A stretch of DNA of 64,000 nt from an uncultured Geobacteraceae bacterium (GCA_942493195.1 OW818669.1:323478-387477); one strand, 5' to 3'. Positions 45,203 to 55,064 are shown, counted from the stretch's first letter. The notes: generated by a model from the letters alone, not told the origin. Program-made: numbers and translations.

Positions 45203-46852
45203 CTACAGTATCACCGCTGCAATATACTCCTCCGGTGAAACCTGGCCGTTCAGCAGCAGCTGTAGCCCCTCTTCCTTGATCCCCTGATACTCGATCCCCT
45301 GCAGATAGCACTGCAGCGTTTCCACATCGGTTGACTGTTCGAAGACCTGCAGGAACGGGGCGTCGAATTCGATCACATCCAGCAGGAACTTACGGGCACT
45401 GAAGCCGCTGTGGCCGCAGTGCTTGCAGCCGCTGGTGCGGTAGTAGGCTGCCGGTTGATGCTCCAGTCCCATGGCGGTGATCTCCTCGGCCGGCGGGAGG
45501 TATTCGCTGCGGCAATCGCTGCAGAGCATCTGGATCCCTTTGAAGGAGACCACTCCGTTGACAAAGAACGGGAGGAAATAGTTCTTCTGCTGGTACAACA
45601 GCAGTTGACGCAGCACGTTGGTCGTGCCGCGGATCTGCAGTCCGGCCAGTACCAGCTTGCCGCGCATGGCAGCCCGGCAGGCGGCGCTGAACGGCAGCGC
45701 TTCGGTGGCATCTTCAACCACCAGGATGTCAGGGGCGTGATCAAGGGCGTCCATAATTACCCGGGCCCGTTCGGATTCGGAGGAGGGGAGCTGGATGCGG
45801 GGAAAACGCTTGTTCATGCGTCCGGGACCTTCGCCCAGGATGATGACGTTCCGGCCGTCGGTGGCCATCTCTTCCAGCATCAGGTCGATGAATCGGTCAC
45901 GCTCCTGCACATTGCGGGAGGCGAAGAAGGTGATGCCCCGTTGTGCCCGTGCCAGGGCTGCAAAGCCGATCTCCTGGGGAGCAGGAAGATGGAGCCCGGA
46001 CAATCTGGAGGGGATACTGACCGCCACGTGGGGACGGATGGTGATGTAGTCGCCCCCGTAACCGGCTAGAACCGAAACCTGGAAGGTGATGGGATGGCAG
46101 CGGAATTCGAAGGTCAGCAGGCCACCGCCTCCCTGGTCACCGGTCTGGATCATGCCGGCGTTCTTGCGGATTTTGAGGGCCAGATCGGGGTAGTAGTTGC
46201 CGGCCAGGGTTCCCAGGGTGCGGGAGACACCGCTGCGGCGAGCGCTGATGGCGATGGTATCGCCCAGTGGCTGCAGCGACAGGGATGAAAAACGCTGCTC
46301 CAGGATGTGAATCAAGAGAGCTTCCAGCAGACGGCCACCACTCAGGTCGCCATTGATCGCTTCGAGAGTCACGGCATCGAAGGCCCCCGATTCAAATCCC
46401 AGGGACTCTTTGCCGGCTTCGCCGTAGCAGCTGTCGATGATTTCGCGAATTTCGCGGATCAGGGCCACGGAGACATTGACCACACAGCCGGAGATCTGTT
46501 CAATGGCCTCAATGGCCGGCTTGTTGAGCGGATCGGATATGGCGATGTTCAGTTCGTTGCCGGCCTTGATCAGTGGGATCAAATTGTAGGTGCGGGCCAG
46601 ATGGGCCGGAACCAGGCGCAGCGCTTCCGGATCAATCATTTCCCGTTTCAGGCGGATGTAGGGGATATCCAGTTGGTTGGAGAGAGCCCAGTCGATATCC
46701 TCCTGGGCAACAATACCCAGCTTGATCAGCGCCTCTCCAAAACGGACCCCGCTCCGTTTCTGTTCTTCCAGTGCAGCTGAAACATCGTCACTGTTAATGA
46801 TCTGACACGCCTGGAGGATGTCCCCCAGGGTTCCCTTCTTGTTGTCAGCCAT
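45203..46852 (-). CDS. PilB/GspE-family protein with intact N-terminal (MshEN-like) domain and C4 zinc motif but a degenerate P-loop (probable pseudo-ATPase)
   Basis: GspE_N-like N-terminal region (…ALIKLGIVAQEDIDWALSNQLDIPYIRL…LVPAHLARTYNLIPL…). The core domain is alignable to GspE, but Walker A is replaced by ILGEGPGRMNKRF, and the Asp/His boxes read DILVVEDATE / GKLVLAGLQIRGTT. The C-terminal CSDCRSEY…CKHCGHSG motif is retained. Start taken at MADNKK (46852) to avoid overlap with dnaB. Confidence 0.6.
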   Translation of the reverse strand: MADNKKGTLGDILQACQIINSDDVSAALEEQKRSGVRFGEALIKLGIVAQEDIDWALSNQLDIPYIRLKREMIDPEALRLVPAHLARTYNLIPLIKAGNELNIAISDPLNKPAIEAIEQISGCVVNVSVALIREIREIIDSCYGEAGKESLGFESGAFDAVTLEAINGDLSGGRLLEALLIHILEQRFSSLSLQPLGDTIAISARRSGVSRTLGTLAGNYYPDLALKIRKNAGMIQTGDQGGGGLLTFEFRCHPITFQVSVLAGYGGDYITIRPHVAVSIPSRLSGLHLPAPQEIGFAALARAQRGITFFASRNVQERDRFIDLMLEEMATDGRNVIILGEGPGRMNKRFPRIQLPSSESERARVIMDALDHAPDILVVEDATEALPFSAACRAAMRGKLVLAGLQIRGTTNVLRQLLLYQQKNYFLPFFVNGVVSFKGIQMLCSDCRSEYLPPAEEITAMGLEHQPAAYYRTSGCKHCGHSGFSARKFLLDVIEFDAPFLQVFEQSTDVETLQCYLQGIEYQGIKEEGLQLLLNGQVSPEEYIAAVIL

Positions 46853-46886
46853 GCTCCCCTCCGGTGTTCGGGTAGTCCAAAACTTC

Positions 46887-48257
46887 TTATTCTCCGCGAT
46901 CACTGCGGTTTTCAAAACGGGTATGTTCGCCGACAAAGGTCAGCTCGATGGTGCCCAGGGCGCCGTTTCGCTGTTTGCCGATGATCAGTTCGGCGTTGCG
47001 CTCATGCCCCTTGCTGCAGGTCACGTCCGGCTTGCGGCAGTCCTCGCAGTAGACCGACTCGCGATAGACGAACATGATGATGTCGGCATCCTGTTCGATG
47101 GCTCCCGATTCACGCAGGTCGCTCATCATGGGGCGTTTGTCGGCCCGTTTTTCCAGCTCGCGGTTAAGCTGCGAAAGCGCCACTACCGGAACATTCAGCT
47201 CCTTGGCCAGCGCCTTGAGTGAGCGGGAGATCTCGGAAATCTCCTGCTGACGCGATTCAGGATTGCTGCTTCCCTTCATAAGCTGCAGGTAGTCGACAAT
47301 GATCAGGCCGATGTCGTGCTCGCTCTTCAGACGGCGGGCCTTGGAGCGCAACTCCAGAACCGTGATGGAGGGGGAGTCGTCGATGAAGATCTTGGCGTCG
47401 TGCAGGATGCCGGCGGCCTTGGTCAGGCGAGGCCAATCCGAATCCTGGAAATGTCCGGTGCGCATGCGGCCGAAGTCAACCCGGGCGATGGAGGCCAGGA
47501 AACGCATGACCAGCTCCTCCTTGCCCATCTCCAGGGAGAAGATCACACAGGGCACCTTCTTCTTGCTTTCGGCGCTGGCGTACTGGGCGATGTTCAGGGC
47601 CAGGGTCGTTTTTCCCATGGCGGGTCGCGCCGCCACGATGATCAGGTTGCCGGGCTGGAAACCGGCGGTTTTATGGTCCAGATCCACATAACCGGTGGGG
47701 ACGCCGGTGACATGCTCCTTCTGGTCGTGGAGGTTTTTGAGGATTGTGAAAGCCTCTTTCAGAACCGACTGCACCGGCACGTACTGGGGGCGCGATTTGT
47801 TCTCGGAGATCTCGTAGATTTCCTTCTGGGCCTTATCCAGCATATCCTCCACATCGGCCTGTTCGTCGTAGCCGCGGCTGACGATCTCCGTCGCTACGCT
47901 GATCAGCTTGCGATTGGTGGATTTCTCCTTCACCATCTTGCAGTAGTAGGAGATGTTGGCGGCCGTGGGGACGTAATCCACCAGCGTGGCCAGATAGGCG
48001 GCCCCGCCGATCTCATCCAGTTCACCGGCTTTCTTGAGCATGTCGGTCATGGTGATGAAGTCGCACGGTTCGCGCATGTCGGACAGCTTCATCATGGCCT
48101 GGAAGATCTTGCGGTGGCTTTCGCGGTAGAAATCCTCCGGGGTAAGCATCTCCAGCACGCGGTTGATGGCGTCGTTGTCGATCAGAATGCCGCCCAGGAT
48201 GGACATTTCGGCTTCCAGGCTCTGGGGCGGGAGTTTGCGTAGGTCGGCGTTGCTCAT
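46887..48257 (-). CDS. dnaB: replicative DNA helicase DnaB
   Basis: 456 aa. N-terminus (PQSLEAEMSILGGILIDNDAI), Walker A GNLIIVAARPAMGKTTLALNIA, and the RecA-like motifs. Confidence 0.95.
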   Translation of the reverse strand: MSNADLRKLPPQSLEAEMSILGGILIDNDAINRVLEMLTPEDFYRESHRKIFQAMMKLSDMREPCDFITMTDMLKKAGELDEIGGAAYLATLVDYVPTAANISYYCKMVKEKSTNRKLISVATEIVSRGYDEQADVEDMLDKAQKEIYEISENKSRPQYVPVQSVLKEAFTILKNLHDQKEHVTGVPTGYVDLDHKTAGFQPGNLIIVAARPAMGKTTLALNIAQYASAESKKKVPCVIFSLEMGKEELVMRFLASIARVDFGRMRTGHFQDSDWPRLTKAAGILHDAKIFIDDSPSITVLELRSKARRLKSEHDIGLIIVDYLQLMKGSSNPESRQQEISEISRSLKALAKELNVPVVALSQLNRELEKRADKRPMMSDLRESGAIEQDADIIMFVYRESVYCEDCRKPDVTCSKGHERNAELIIGKQRNGALGTIELTFVGEHTRFENRSDRGE

Positions 48258-48291
48258 ATGTTTGGGTTATCTCCTGTGTTCCCGTTTGTCA

Positions 48292-49329
48292 TCAATCATT
48301 CCGCCGGTTAATTAAATTCACAATTACTTTAACGATTGTGTCCTTTTCATCAGGTTTACTCTCGGCAATCAAGAGAGTTAGAGCGACCAGAGCGTTGTCT
48401 GCCAAACGTTTGCTGCCGTCGGAGCGATAGAGGATACCATTCATGCCCAGGAAGTAGATAAAGATGGCTGCGGCAATCCGTTTGTTACCATCACTGAAAG
48501 CGTGGTTTTTAACAACGAAATACAGAAGGTTTGCTCCCTTCTCTTCTATGCTGGGGTAGAGCTCTTTTCCATCAAAGGTCTGATAGATTGTTCCTAAGGC
48601 ACTCTTGAATCCCTGGTCCTTTTCAATGCCGAAGAGGCCATCGAACTCGTGCTTCATGGAGGTGATTATTTCCATTGCCTTGTCGTAGGCGATGACATGC
48701 AGAGTCTTTCCGGTAGTCGCCTCAATGGCCAGGGTACCGTGGTCATATCGGTCAAGAAGTGTCAAGGCATAGGCGTAGTCGGCGATAACCCGGAGAACGT
48801 CTTTGCCGGTTTCGCTGACCAGTTCCTGATTTGCAAGGGTGCGGGCCAATATTTCCACAGTCTGGCGCATATCCGCCAGCTTTTCTGCTTGTTCGCGAAA
48901 ACGTTGCTCGTTAAGCGTGTAGCCCTTGATGATGTGATCTCGCAGAACTCGCGTGGCCCATTGGCGGAACTGGGTTCCTTGCCTGGATTTGACCCGATAA
49001 CCTACGGAGATAATGACGTCGAGATTATAAAAACGGATCTTTCTGTTAACCTTGCGGGTACCTTCGTTTTGAACTACCGAGGAATCCTCGGTAGTTCCAT
49101 CTGGCTGCAACTCCCCCTCTTTGTATGCATTACGGATATGCAAGCCGATAGTATCGCTGTCCTTATCAAAAAGCTCTGCCATCTGTTTTTGAGTCAGCCA
49201 GACGGATTCATGATCAAGGCGAACGTCGAGTGAGGTAGTGCCATCTGGACTCATGTAGATAATAATGTTGTTGGTATTATCGGTTGACATGGAGGTTCCA
49301 CTGAATGTCTGTATTTCGCTGTTTTTCAT
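48292..49329 (-). CDS. RhuM-domain / Fic (FIDO) family protein
   Basis: N-terminal RhuM-like region (…NLDVIISVGYRVKSRQGTQFRQWATRVL…). C-terminal Fic motif HAFSDGNKRIAAAIF, matching HxFx(D/E)GNGR. Lies in a low-GC stretch. Confidence 0.75.
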   Translation of the reverse strand: MKNSEIQTFSGTSMSTDNTNNIIIYMSPDGTTSLDVRLDHESVWLTQKQMAELFDKDSDTIGLHIRNAYKEGELQPDGTTEDSSVVQNEGTRKVNRKIRFYNLDVIISVGYRVKSRQGTQFRQWATRVLRDHIIKGYTLNEQRFREQAEKLADMRQTVEILARTLANQELVSETGKDVLRVIADYAYALTLLDRYDHGTLAIEATTGKTLHVIAYDKAMEIITSMKHEFDGLFGIEKDQGFKSALGTIYQTFDGKELYPSIEEKGANLLYFVVKNHAFSDGNKRIAAAIFIYFLGMNGILYRSDGSKRLADNALVALTLLIAESKPDEKDTIVKVIVNLINRRND

Positions 49330-49375
49330 AGCTTTCTAACGAGGCTCCGGCGCAGTGGGCAGTTTCAACGTCGCG

Positions 49376-49810
49376 TTATGGAACGTAACGCGACCTACTA
49401 GCTGTATCCTCCTCATTCGCCTCATCGGAGGTTGGATATGCACTGATTGTAACTCCAATGCCTGCCCTACTAAAAAGAGCCATGTCTTCAGGTGAAATGT
49501 AAATGCTCACTGAATATTGTTTTGAATCTCCTACCGTTACGCCAATATCCAGCCCCAGAGTTACACCTGCAGAACTCAGACCTTTCAATTCATCGAAGTA
49601 TTCCTCAACAAACGTTCGGATATCGTCTTCAAGTTCTTTCAAAGACTCAGCGTCAGTAATTGTGAGATTGCATCCTGAGTTATCGCGAGGTTTGCCTCTT
49701 CGGCTAACTTCGCCCTTATGCCAGATGGCTTCCGTCTCGAAGCCCATCCGCTGAATGAAGTCATCGGGATTCCAATTTGGGCTATAACAACGAAGAACTG
49801 CGAGTAGCAT
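49376..49810 (-). CDS. hypothetical protein (low-GC islet)
   Basis: 144-aa acidic protein. No family recognised. Confidence 0.4.
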   Translation of the reverse strand: MLLAVLRCYSPNWNPDDFIQRMGFETEAIWHKGEVSRRGKPRDNSGCNLTITDAESLKELEDDIRTFVEEYFDELKGLSSAGVTLGLDIGVTVGDSKQYSVSIYISPEDMALFSRAGIGVTISAYPTSDEANEEDTASRSRYVP

Positions 49811-49867
49811 CTTTTTCTCTCTGAGGTATATTTCTCATCATTTAACTCATCCCCCCAAACGGAACAT

Positions 49868-51031
49868 TTATTTCCTGTGGGCAGCAATCACAGCCTTGAC
49901 CGCCTCAACCACGTCGCGGGCATCGTTCATGGTCATTTTAGGGAAGAGCGGCAGGGAGAGGATCCGCTCCGAGGCGTAGCTGGCATTGGGCAGTTCCTGG
50001 TCGGCAACCGGCAGGTGTTCGCGGTACCAGGCGTGGTGGTGGATGGCCTTGTAATGCAGGCCCGAGCCGATGTTGTGTTTTTTCAGCTCCTCCATGAAAC
50101 GATCTCGGTCAATCGTCAGCTGTTCGATCCGTACCAGCGGGGTGTAGAGGTGCCAGGCGTGGCGCTGCGGGTAGGGTGCGTACTGCGGCAGGGCCAGTTC
50201 GGCCACATTGGCAAATTCACGGTTGTAGTATTCGGCCACGTCGCGGCGCAGGTCGATGAAGCGATCAAGTTTGGGGAGCTGGTGGATGCCGATGGCGGCC
50301 TGGATATCCATCATGTTGTATTTGAAGCCGGGCATGAGGATGTCGTAGTTGGGGGTGCCGCTGGCGGCAAAGCGCTTCCAGGCCTCGCGGCTCATACCGT
50401 GAAACTTCATCAGCGAGATCTCTTCGGCCAGGTTTTCATCGGCAGTGCAGACCATGCCCCCTTCGCCGGTGGTGATGTTTTTGTTGGGGTGGAAGGAGAA
50501 GATCGAGATCGAGTCCAGCGAGCCGACCCGTTTTCCTTTGTACTCGGTTCCGGCGGCGTGGGCGGCATCTTCAATGACCGTCAGGCCGTGCTCTTTGGCC
50601 AGGGCAAAGATCGGGTCCATATCGCAGGACTGGCCGGCAAAATGCACCGGGATGATCGCCCGTGTCCGGGGGGTGATCTTCTCCCTGATTCGGGTTACAT
50701 CAATATTGAGGGTGCCCGCTTCGATATCGGCCAGGACCGGGGTACCTCCGCACAGGATAATCATGCTGACGGTGGAGGCGAAGGTCATGGGGGTGGTGAT
50801 GATCTCATCGCCCTCCTTGATCCCCAGAGCCAGCAGGACCAGGTGCAGTCCGGCGGTGGCGGAGGTCAGGGGGATGGCATAGGGGGCGCCCACATAGGCC
50901 TTGAAGGACTCTTCGAAGCGCTTGACTTTGGGACCGGTGGTGATCCAGCCCGATTTGAGCGAATCAACGACCTCGTTGATCTCAGCATCTTCGATGGTGG
51001 GGGTCGAAAAGGGGAGAAAGGTAGCACGCAT
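49868..51031 (-). CDS. arnB: DegT/DnrJ/EryC1 PLP-dependent aminotransferase, ArnB-like (UDP-4-amino-4-deoxy-L-arabinose synthase)
   Basis: 387 aa. …SFKAYVGAPYAIPLTSATAGLHL…, the PLP-Lys region SIFSFHPNKNITTGEGG, and an ArnB-like C-terminus. Confidence 0.8.
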   Translation of the reverse strand: MRATFLPFSTPTIEDAEINEVVDSLKSGWITTGPKVKRFEESFKAYVGAPYAIPLTSATAGLHLVLLALGIKEGDEIITTPMTFASTVSMIILCGGTPVLADIEAGTLNIDVTRIREKITPRTRAIIPVHFAGQSCDMDPIFALAKEHGLTVIEDAAHAAGTEYKGKRVGSLDSISIFSFHPNKNITTGEGGMVCTADENLAEEISLMKFHGMSREAWKRFAASGTPNYDILMPGFKYNMMDIQAAIGIHQLPKLDRFIDLRRDVAEYYNREFANVAELALPQYAPYPQRHAWHLYTPLVRIEQLTIDRDRFMEELKKHNIGSGLHYKAIHHHAWYREHLPVADQELPNASYASERILSLPLFPKMTMNDARDVVEAVKAVIAAHRK

Positions 51032-51059
51032 TGTGGTTGATACTCCTTAAGATGGTGAT

Positions 51060-52787
51060 TCAGCGGTTGCTGACCAGGACGCGGCGTCCGGCCTCGGCCT
51101 TGATGAGTGGTTCCGGTTTCAGCTGGGGGCGGAGCGTCTCCAGTTCCCTTTTCTTTAAAAATAGCAGGACATGTTTTTCACTGCTCCAGAGCGTCAGCAG
51201 GGCGGCCTGGTCGGGAAACCATGCCTTCTGGTCACCCTGCTGGCTGCCGAATTCCAGCTCGTCGATCTTGCCGGTGACCATTACACGCCGTCCGGTATAC
51301 CAGGAGACGGCCTGCATGGGGCCGAAGGAGACCAGAGCGGTGTCCGGTCCGACGATTGAACGGGCCTTGAGGGCCAGATCTCGGGGGGATTCGCTGCCGG
51401 CGATCTGCGGCATGATCATGGGGGGGATGCAGATTTCCAAAAGGAAAGCGCCGATGATCAGCACGACCAGCATACGGAGAGGATTGCGTCCGGCACTGGC
51501 CAGGGTGCCGATGCCCTGAAAGAGGAACAGTCCCCCCAGTGTCAGGCTGGCGGTCAGGGTAAAGGCTGGTGCGTGGCGGACAAACTGATTCAGGCCATTA
51601 GACCAGCCTGGTACCTGTTCTCCCAGCATTGCTGCGATCTGCGGCAGTCGGGCATACCCCAGGGCGGCGATGCCGATGATCGTCAAGCCGCCCCCCAGCA
51701 GCAGGGCGGCGGATTTGATGGTGCGCCCCTTGCCGTCCATGATCAGGTCGATGCGATGGGCGATCAGGATCGCCAGCGGGGGGAAGATCGGCAGGATATA
51801 GGGGATCAGTTTTGAACTGGATTTGGAGAAGAACAGGAAGATCAGCGCTGTCCAGATCACCAGGAACATGCCGGAGTTCCCCTCTTCGTGGTGACGGTCG
51901 CGCCAGGCTCTGGTCAGGGCGCCCGGGATGAAGAAGGCCCATGGGAGCATGGTTCCCAGCAGCACCGGCACGAAAAACCAGAAGGGCTGGTAGCGTCCAT
52001 GCACGGTGCTGGTGAAGCGCTGGAAATGCTCGCGGATGAAGAAAAAGTGGGCGAACTCCGGGTTCCTCAGCGAGACGGCCACAAACCAGGGGGCCGCCAC
52101 GGCCAGGAACAGCAGCAGCCCGCTACCCAGACGCATTTCAGTCAGCAGACGCCAGCGGCGGCTCAGTAGCAGGTAAAAGAAGATGATGCCTGCCGGGAAA
52201 ACTATGCCGATCAGCCCCTTGGCAAGAACCGCCAGGGCGCTGAAAAAATAGAACAGATACCAGGGCAGGTTGCGGGAACGGCGCCCCTCCCGCAGGGTGG
52301 CCACCACAAAGGCCCCCAGGGCTGCCGTCAGACAAAAGGTCAGCAGCATGTCCGTCAGGATGATGCGCGACTGTATGACGAAACCGGCCGAGGTACCTAT
52401 GATCAGGGCCGCAAGCAGGGCGCAACGGCGGCCGTAAAGGTGCCGGGCGATGATATAGGTGGCCAGCACCGTCAGCAGGCCACACAAGGCCGACGGAAAG
52501 CGGGCGGCAAATTCGTTCTGCCCGAAGAGCTTCAGCGAAGCGGCATTGATCCAGTAGAGTAGCGGCGGCTTCTCAAAATATTTGACGTAATTGAGGGTCG
52601 GGGTGATCAGGTCGCCCCGTTCCAGCATCTCGCGCGGTATTTCGGCGTAGCGCCCCTCGTCCGGGTCAATCAGGGGGAGACTGCCGAGGTTCAGGAAGAA
52701 CGGAAAGGCAAAGACGACTGCAAGCAGAAGAAGTTCACGCAGCCAACAACCGGAACTGTGGCGGGTATAAACTTTCAGGTCTTTCAT
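51060..52787 (-). CDS. arnT: ArnT-like GT39/GT83 glycosyltransferase (undecaprenyl-phosphate-Ara4N:lipid A transferase family)
   Basis: 575-aa polytopic protein. The N-terminal motif LPLIDPDEGRYAEIPREMLERGDLITPTLNYVKYFEKPPLLYWI is closely ArnT/PMT-like. Confidence 0.8.
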   Translation of the reverse strand: MKDLKVYTRHSSGCWLRELLLLAVVFAFPFFLNLGSLPLIDPDEGRYAEIPREMLERGDLITPTLNYVKYFEKPPLLYWINAASLKLFGQNEFAARFPSALCGLLTVLATYIIARHLYGRRCALLAALIIGTSAGFVIQSRIILTDMLLTFCLTAALGAFVVATLREGRRSRNLPWYLFYFFSALAVLAKGLIGIVFPAGIIFFYLLLSRRWRLLTEMRLGSGLLLFLAVAAPWFVAVSLRNPEFAHFFFIREHFQRFTSTVHGRYQPFWFFVPVLLGTMLPWAFFIPGALTRAWRDRHHEEGNSGMFLVIWTALIFLFFSKSSSKLIPYILPIFPPLAILIAHRIDLIMDGKGRTIKSAALLLGGGLTIIGIAALGYARLPQIAAMLGEQVPGWSNGLNQFVRHAPAFTLTASLTLGGLFLFQGIGTLASAGRNPLRMLVVLIIGAFLLEICIPPMIMPQIAGSESPRDLALKARSIVGPDTALVSFGPMQAVSWYTGRRVMVTGKIDELEFGSQQGDQKAWFPDQAALLTLWSSEKHVLLFLKKRELETLRPQLKPEPLIKAEAGRRVLVSNR

Positions 52788-54067
52788 GAGCCCCCCTTTT
52801 CCCGCCGGATCAGGTCGAACGGTTCGACGGCGAAGGGGAGTCTCATGAGGGTGCGCTGGTTGGGGTGCAGGGTTTCCACCGACTCGGTTGTTCCCCGGTC
52901 GGTTAGCAGCACGAGTTGTTCAACCTTGAGGATCTCGGTCCGCATGCCGCTGCCGATAAACTCCAAACGGTCACCGACGCGCAGGCGGTTGCGGGCCTCA
53001 ATTACGACGGAACCATCTGCCCGGCTTTCCTCCACCAATCCGACAAACTCGTGACTGCGGATATAGGCGGATTCGTATTCCTGGCCCACGGCCCGGGGCT
53101 CACCGAACAGAAAACCGGTGGTGTAGCCGCGGTGGCTCATTTTAGCAAGTTCCTCCAGCCATTCGGTGCGGCAGAGCCAACCGGCCGGATCGGCCAGATA
53201 CTCATCCAGCGCCTGACGGTAGACCCGTAATACTGAGGCAACATAGTTGATGCCCTTCATGCGTCCTTCGATCTTCAGCGAGGTGACGCCGCACTCCACC
53301 AGGGCCGGGATGTGCTCCAGCAGGCAGAGGTCACGGGAGTTGAAGATAAAGGTGCCGGTTTCATCCTCCACCACCGGGAAGTATTCACCGGGCCGGGACT
53401 CCTCCACCAGGTGGTAGCTCCAGCGGCAGGGGTGGGTGCATTCCCCCTGGTTGGCATCGCGGCCGGTCAGCATGCTGGAAATCAGGCAGCGACCGGAGTA
53501 GGAGATGCAGAGGGCACCGTGGACAAAGGCCTCGAACTCCATCCCCGGAACGGCGGCAATCGTTTCGCGAATGTTTTCCAGGCTCATTTCGCGGGCCATG
53601 TTGATGCGGCTGATGCCCTGACGCTGCCAGAAGCGTGCACTGTGAAGATTGATGGTGTTGGCCTGGGTGGAGAGGTGCAGCTCTCGTTGCGGGGAGATCT
53701 CGCGGGTCAGTTCGATGACCCCCGGGTCGGCCACAATATAGGCATCGAAGGGAAGTTCCGCCACGCTTCGCAGATAGGTCTCCAGGGCCTCCATCATCTC
53801 GTTGCGGGGGTAGCTGTTGACGGTCAGATAGGCCTTGACGCCGCGCTTATGGCAGAGGTCCAGCGCCCTGGACATCTCTTCCAGGGAAAAGTTGTCGGCC
53901 TTATTGCGCAGTCCAAAGGAGTGGCCGCCCAGGTACACTGCATCGGCTCCGTAGTGCAGGGCGATTTTCAGCTTTTCCATGTTGCCGGCCGGGGCCAGCA
54001 GTTCTGGTCTTTTCACAAGGATTCCGGTTCGGTTGAGTTGGTACAAGCGGGTGGAGAACGATATCAT
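52784..54067 (-). CDS. peptidase U32 family protein (YegQ/TrhP-like)
   Basis: 427 aa. PELLAPAGN…ADAVYLG…KAYLTVNSYPRNEM…, the Cys-containing core (GALCISYSGRCL), and a C-terminal beta-barrel extension. 4-bp overlap with arnT. Confidence 0.75.
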   Translation of the reverse strand: MISFSTRLYQLNRTGILVKRPELLAPAGNMEKLKIALHYGADAVYLGGHSFGLRNKADNFSLEEMSRALDLCHKRGVKAYLTVNSYPRNEMMEALETYLRSVAELPFDAYIVADPGVIELTREISPQRELHLSTQANTINLHSARFWQRQGISRINMAREMSLENIRETIAAVPGMEFEAFVHGALCISYSGRCLISSMLTGRDANQGECTHPCRWSYHLVEESRPGEYFPVVEDETGTFIFNSRDLCLLEHIPALVECGVTSLKIEGRMKGINYVASVLRVYRQALDEYLADPAGWLCRTEWLEELAKMSHRGYTTGFLFGEPRAVGQEYESAYIRSHEFVGLVEESRADGSVVIEARNRLRVGDRLEFIGSGMRTEILKVEQLVLLTDRGTTESVETLHPNQRTLMRLPFAVEPFDLIRREKGGS

Positions 54068-54289
54068 ATTATGGTGTTCAATTAAACCGAAACCTGAAGT
54101 GTTACGTTATGACCGTTTAAATCATTACAAAGAGAAGTCCTGGTAACCCTTGAGTGATACTAATGAAAATGGTGAGCAGGTCACAAGGTCTGAAAATAGT
54201 CACCGTACACGGTACAAATGGCAGCTTTCGCTTGACAAATAACGGTTTATCGCTTTAATTGTGAAAAACATCTATCAAATGGGGGAATT

Positions 54290-55018
54290 ATGGTTTCCGG
54301 ATACAGGCTGATTACATGCCTAACCTTCTGTTGTGCCCTGACCGGTTGTGCCGCCAATGATCTGATGCTTAAGCGCCAGTCCGAGTCGGAAGCCAAGCTT
54401 GAACAGTTGGTTCAGGCCAACAAGAAAACGGAAACACGCGTCAACGACCTGAGTGAAAGAGCCAAGGCCCGTGATGAGCAGGCCAAAACCAGCGCCACCC
54501 GGGTTGCAGAACTTCAGGAAACCATTCGCGAGCTGAGAACGACCCAGGATGAGCTCAGGGCCCGTATAGTCCTGTTGGCTAAACAGACGGCCACTCCGAA
54601 AATTGAGGTTGTTAATCAGGAACCTCCCGCTCCGAAAGGTAAGGAAAACGGCCCCCCCACCGAATACGTCAAAGCCTTCGGTCTGTACAGCGCCAACAAT
54701 TTTGCCAGCGCTATTCCGGCCTTTGAGGCATTCATCAGCAATAACCCGCAGAGTGATTTTATCGCCAATGCCCTGTACTGGATCGGCGAGTGCCATTACA
54801 GTCTGTCGGATCTACCCAGGGCAAAGGAATATTTTTTCAGGGTTACCGGGAACTATCCGAACAGCAGCAAGGCTCCGGATGCCATGCTTAAGCTTGGATA
54901 CACCCTGGCTGCCATGAAGGAAAAGGAAAAGGCCCACGCTATATTCGAAAGCCTGATCAAATCATATCCCAGCAGTCCGGCTGCTGTAAAAGCGCGGGAA
55001 CGCCTGACCGCAAACTGA
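54290..55018 (+). CDS. cpoB: Tol-Pal system protein YbgF/CpoB (coiled-coil + TPR)
   Basis: Signal/lipobox-like N-terminus, a long coiled coil, then TPR repeats (…ALYWIGECHYSLSDLPRAKEYFFRVTGNYPNSSKAPDAMLKLGYTL…). Confidence 0.65.
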   Translation: MVSGYRLITCLTFCCALTGCAANDLMLKRQSESEAKLEQLVQANKKTETRVNDLSERAKARDEQAKTSATRVAELQETIRELRTTQDELRARIVLLAKQTATPKIEVVNQEPPAPKGKENGPPTEYVKAFGLYSANNFASAIPAFEAFISNNPQSDFIANALYWIGECHYSLSDLPRAKEYFFRVTGNYPNSSKAPDAMLKLGYTLAAMKEKEKAHAIFESLIKSYPSSPAAVKARERLTAN

Positions 55019-55064
55019 AGTCTGCAGGTTTTGCCTGCGACTATCTCATACGTGAAACTTTGAG

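Noticed and set aside
46853-46936. Extended start of the PilB-like gene overlapping the dnaB 3' end
   Set aside because: It would overlap the dnaB coding region by 50 bp. The internal Met (MADNKK) at 46852 leaves a 35-bp spacer and gives the typical GspE_N start.
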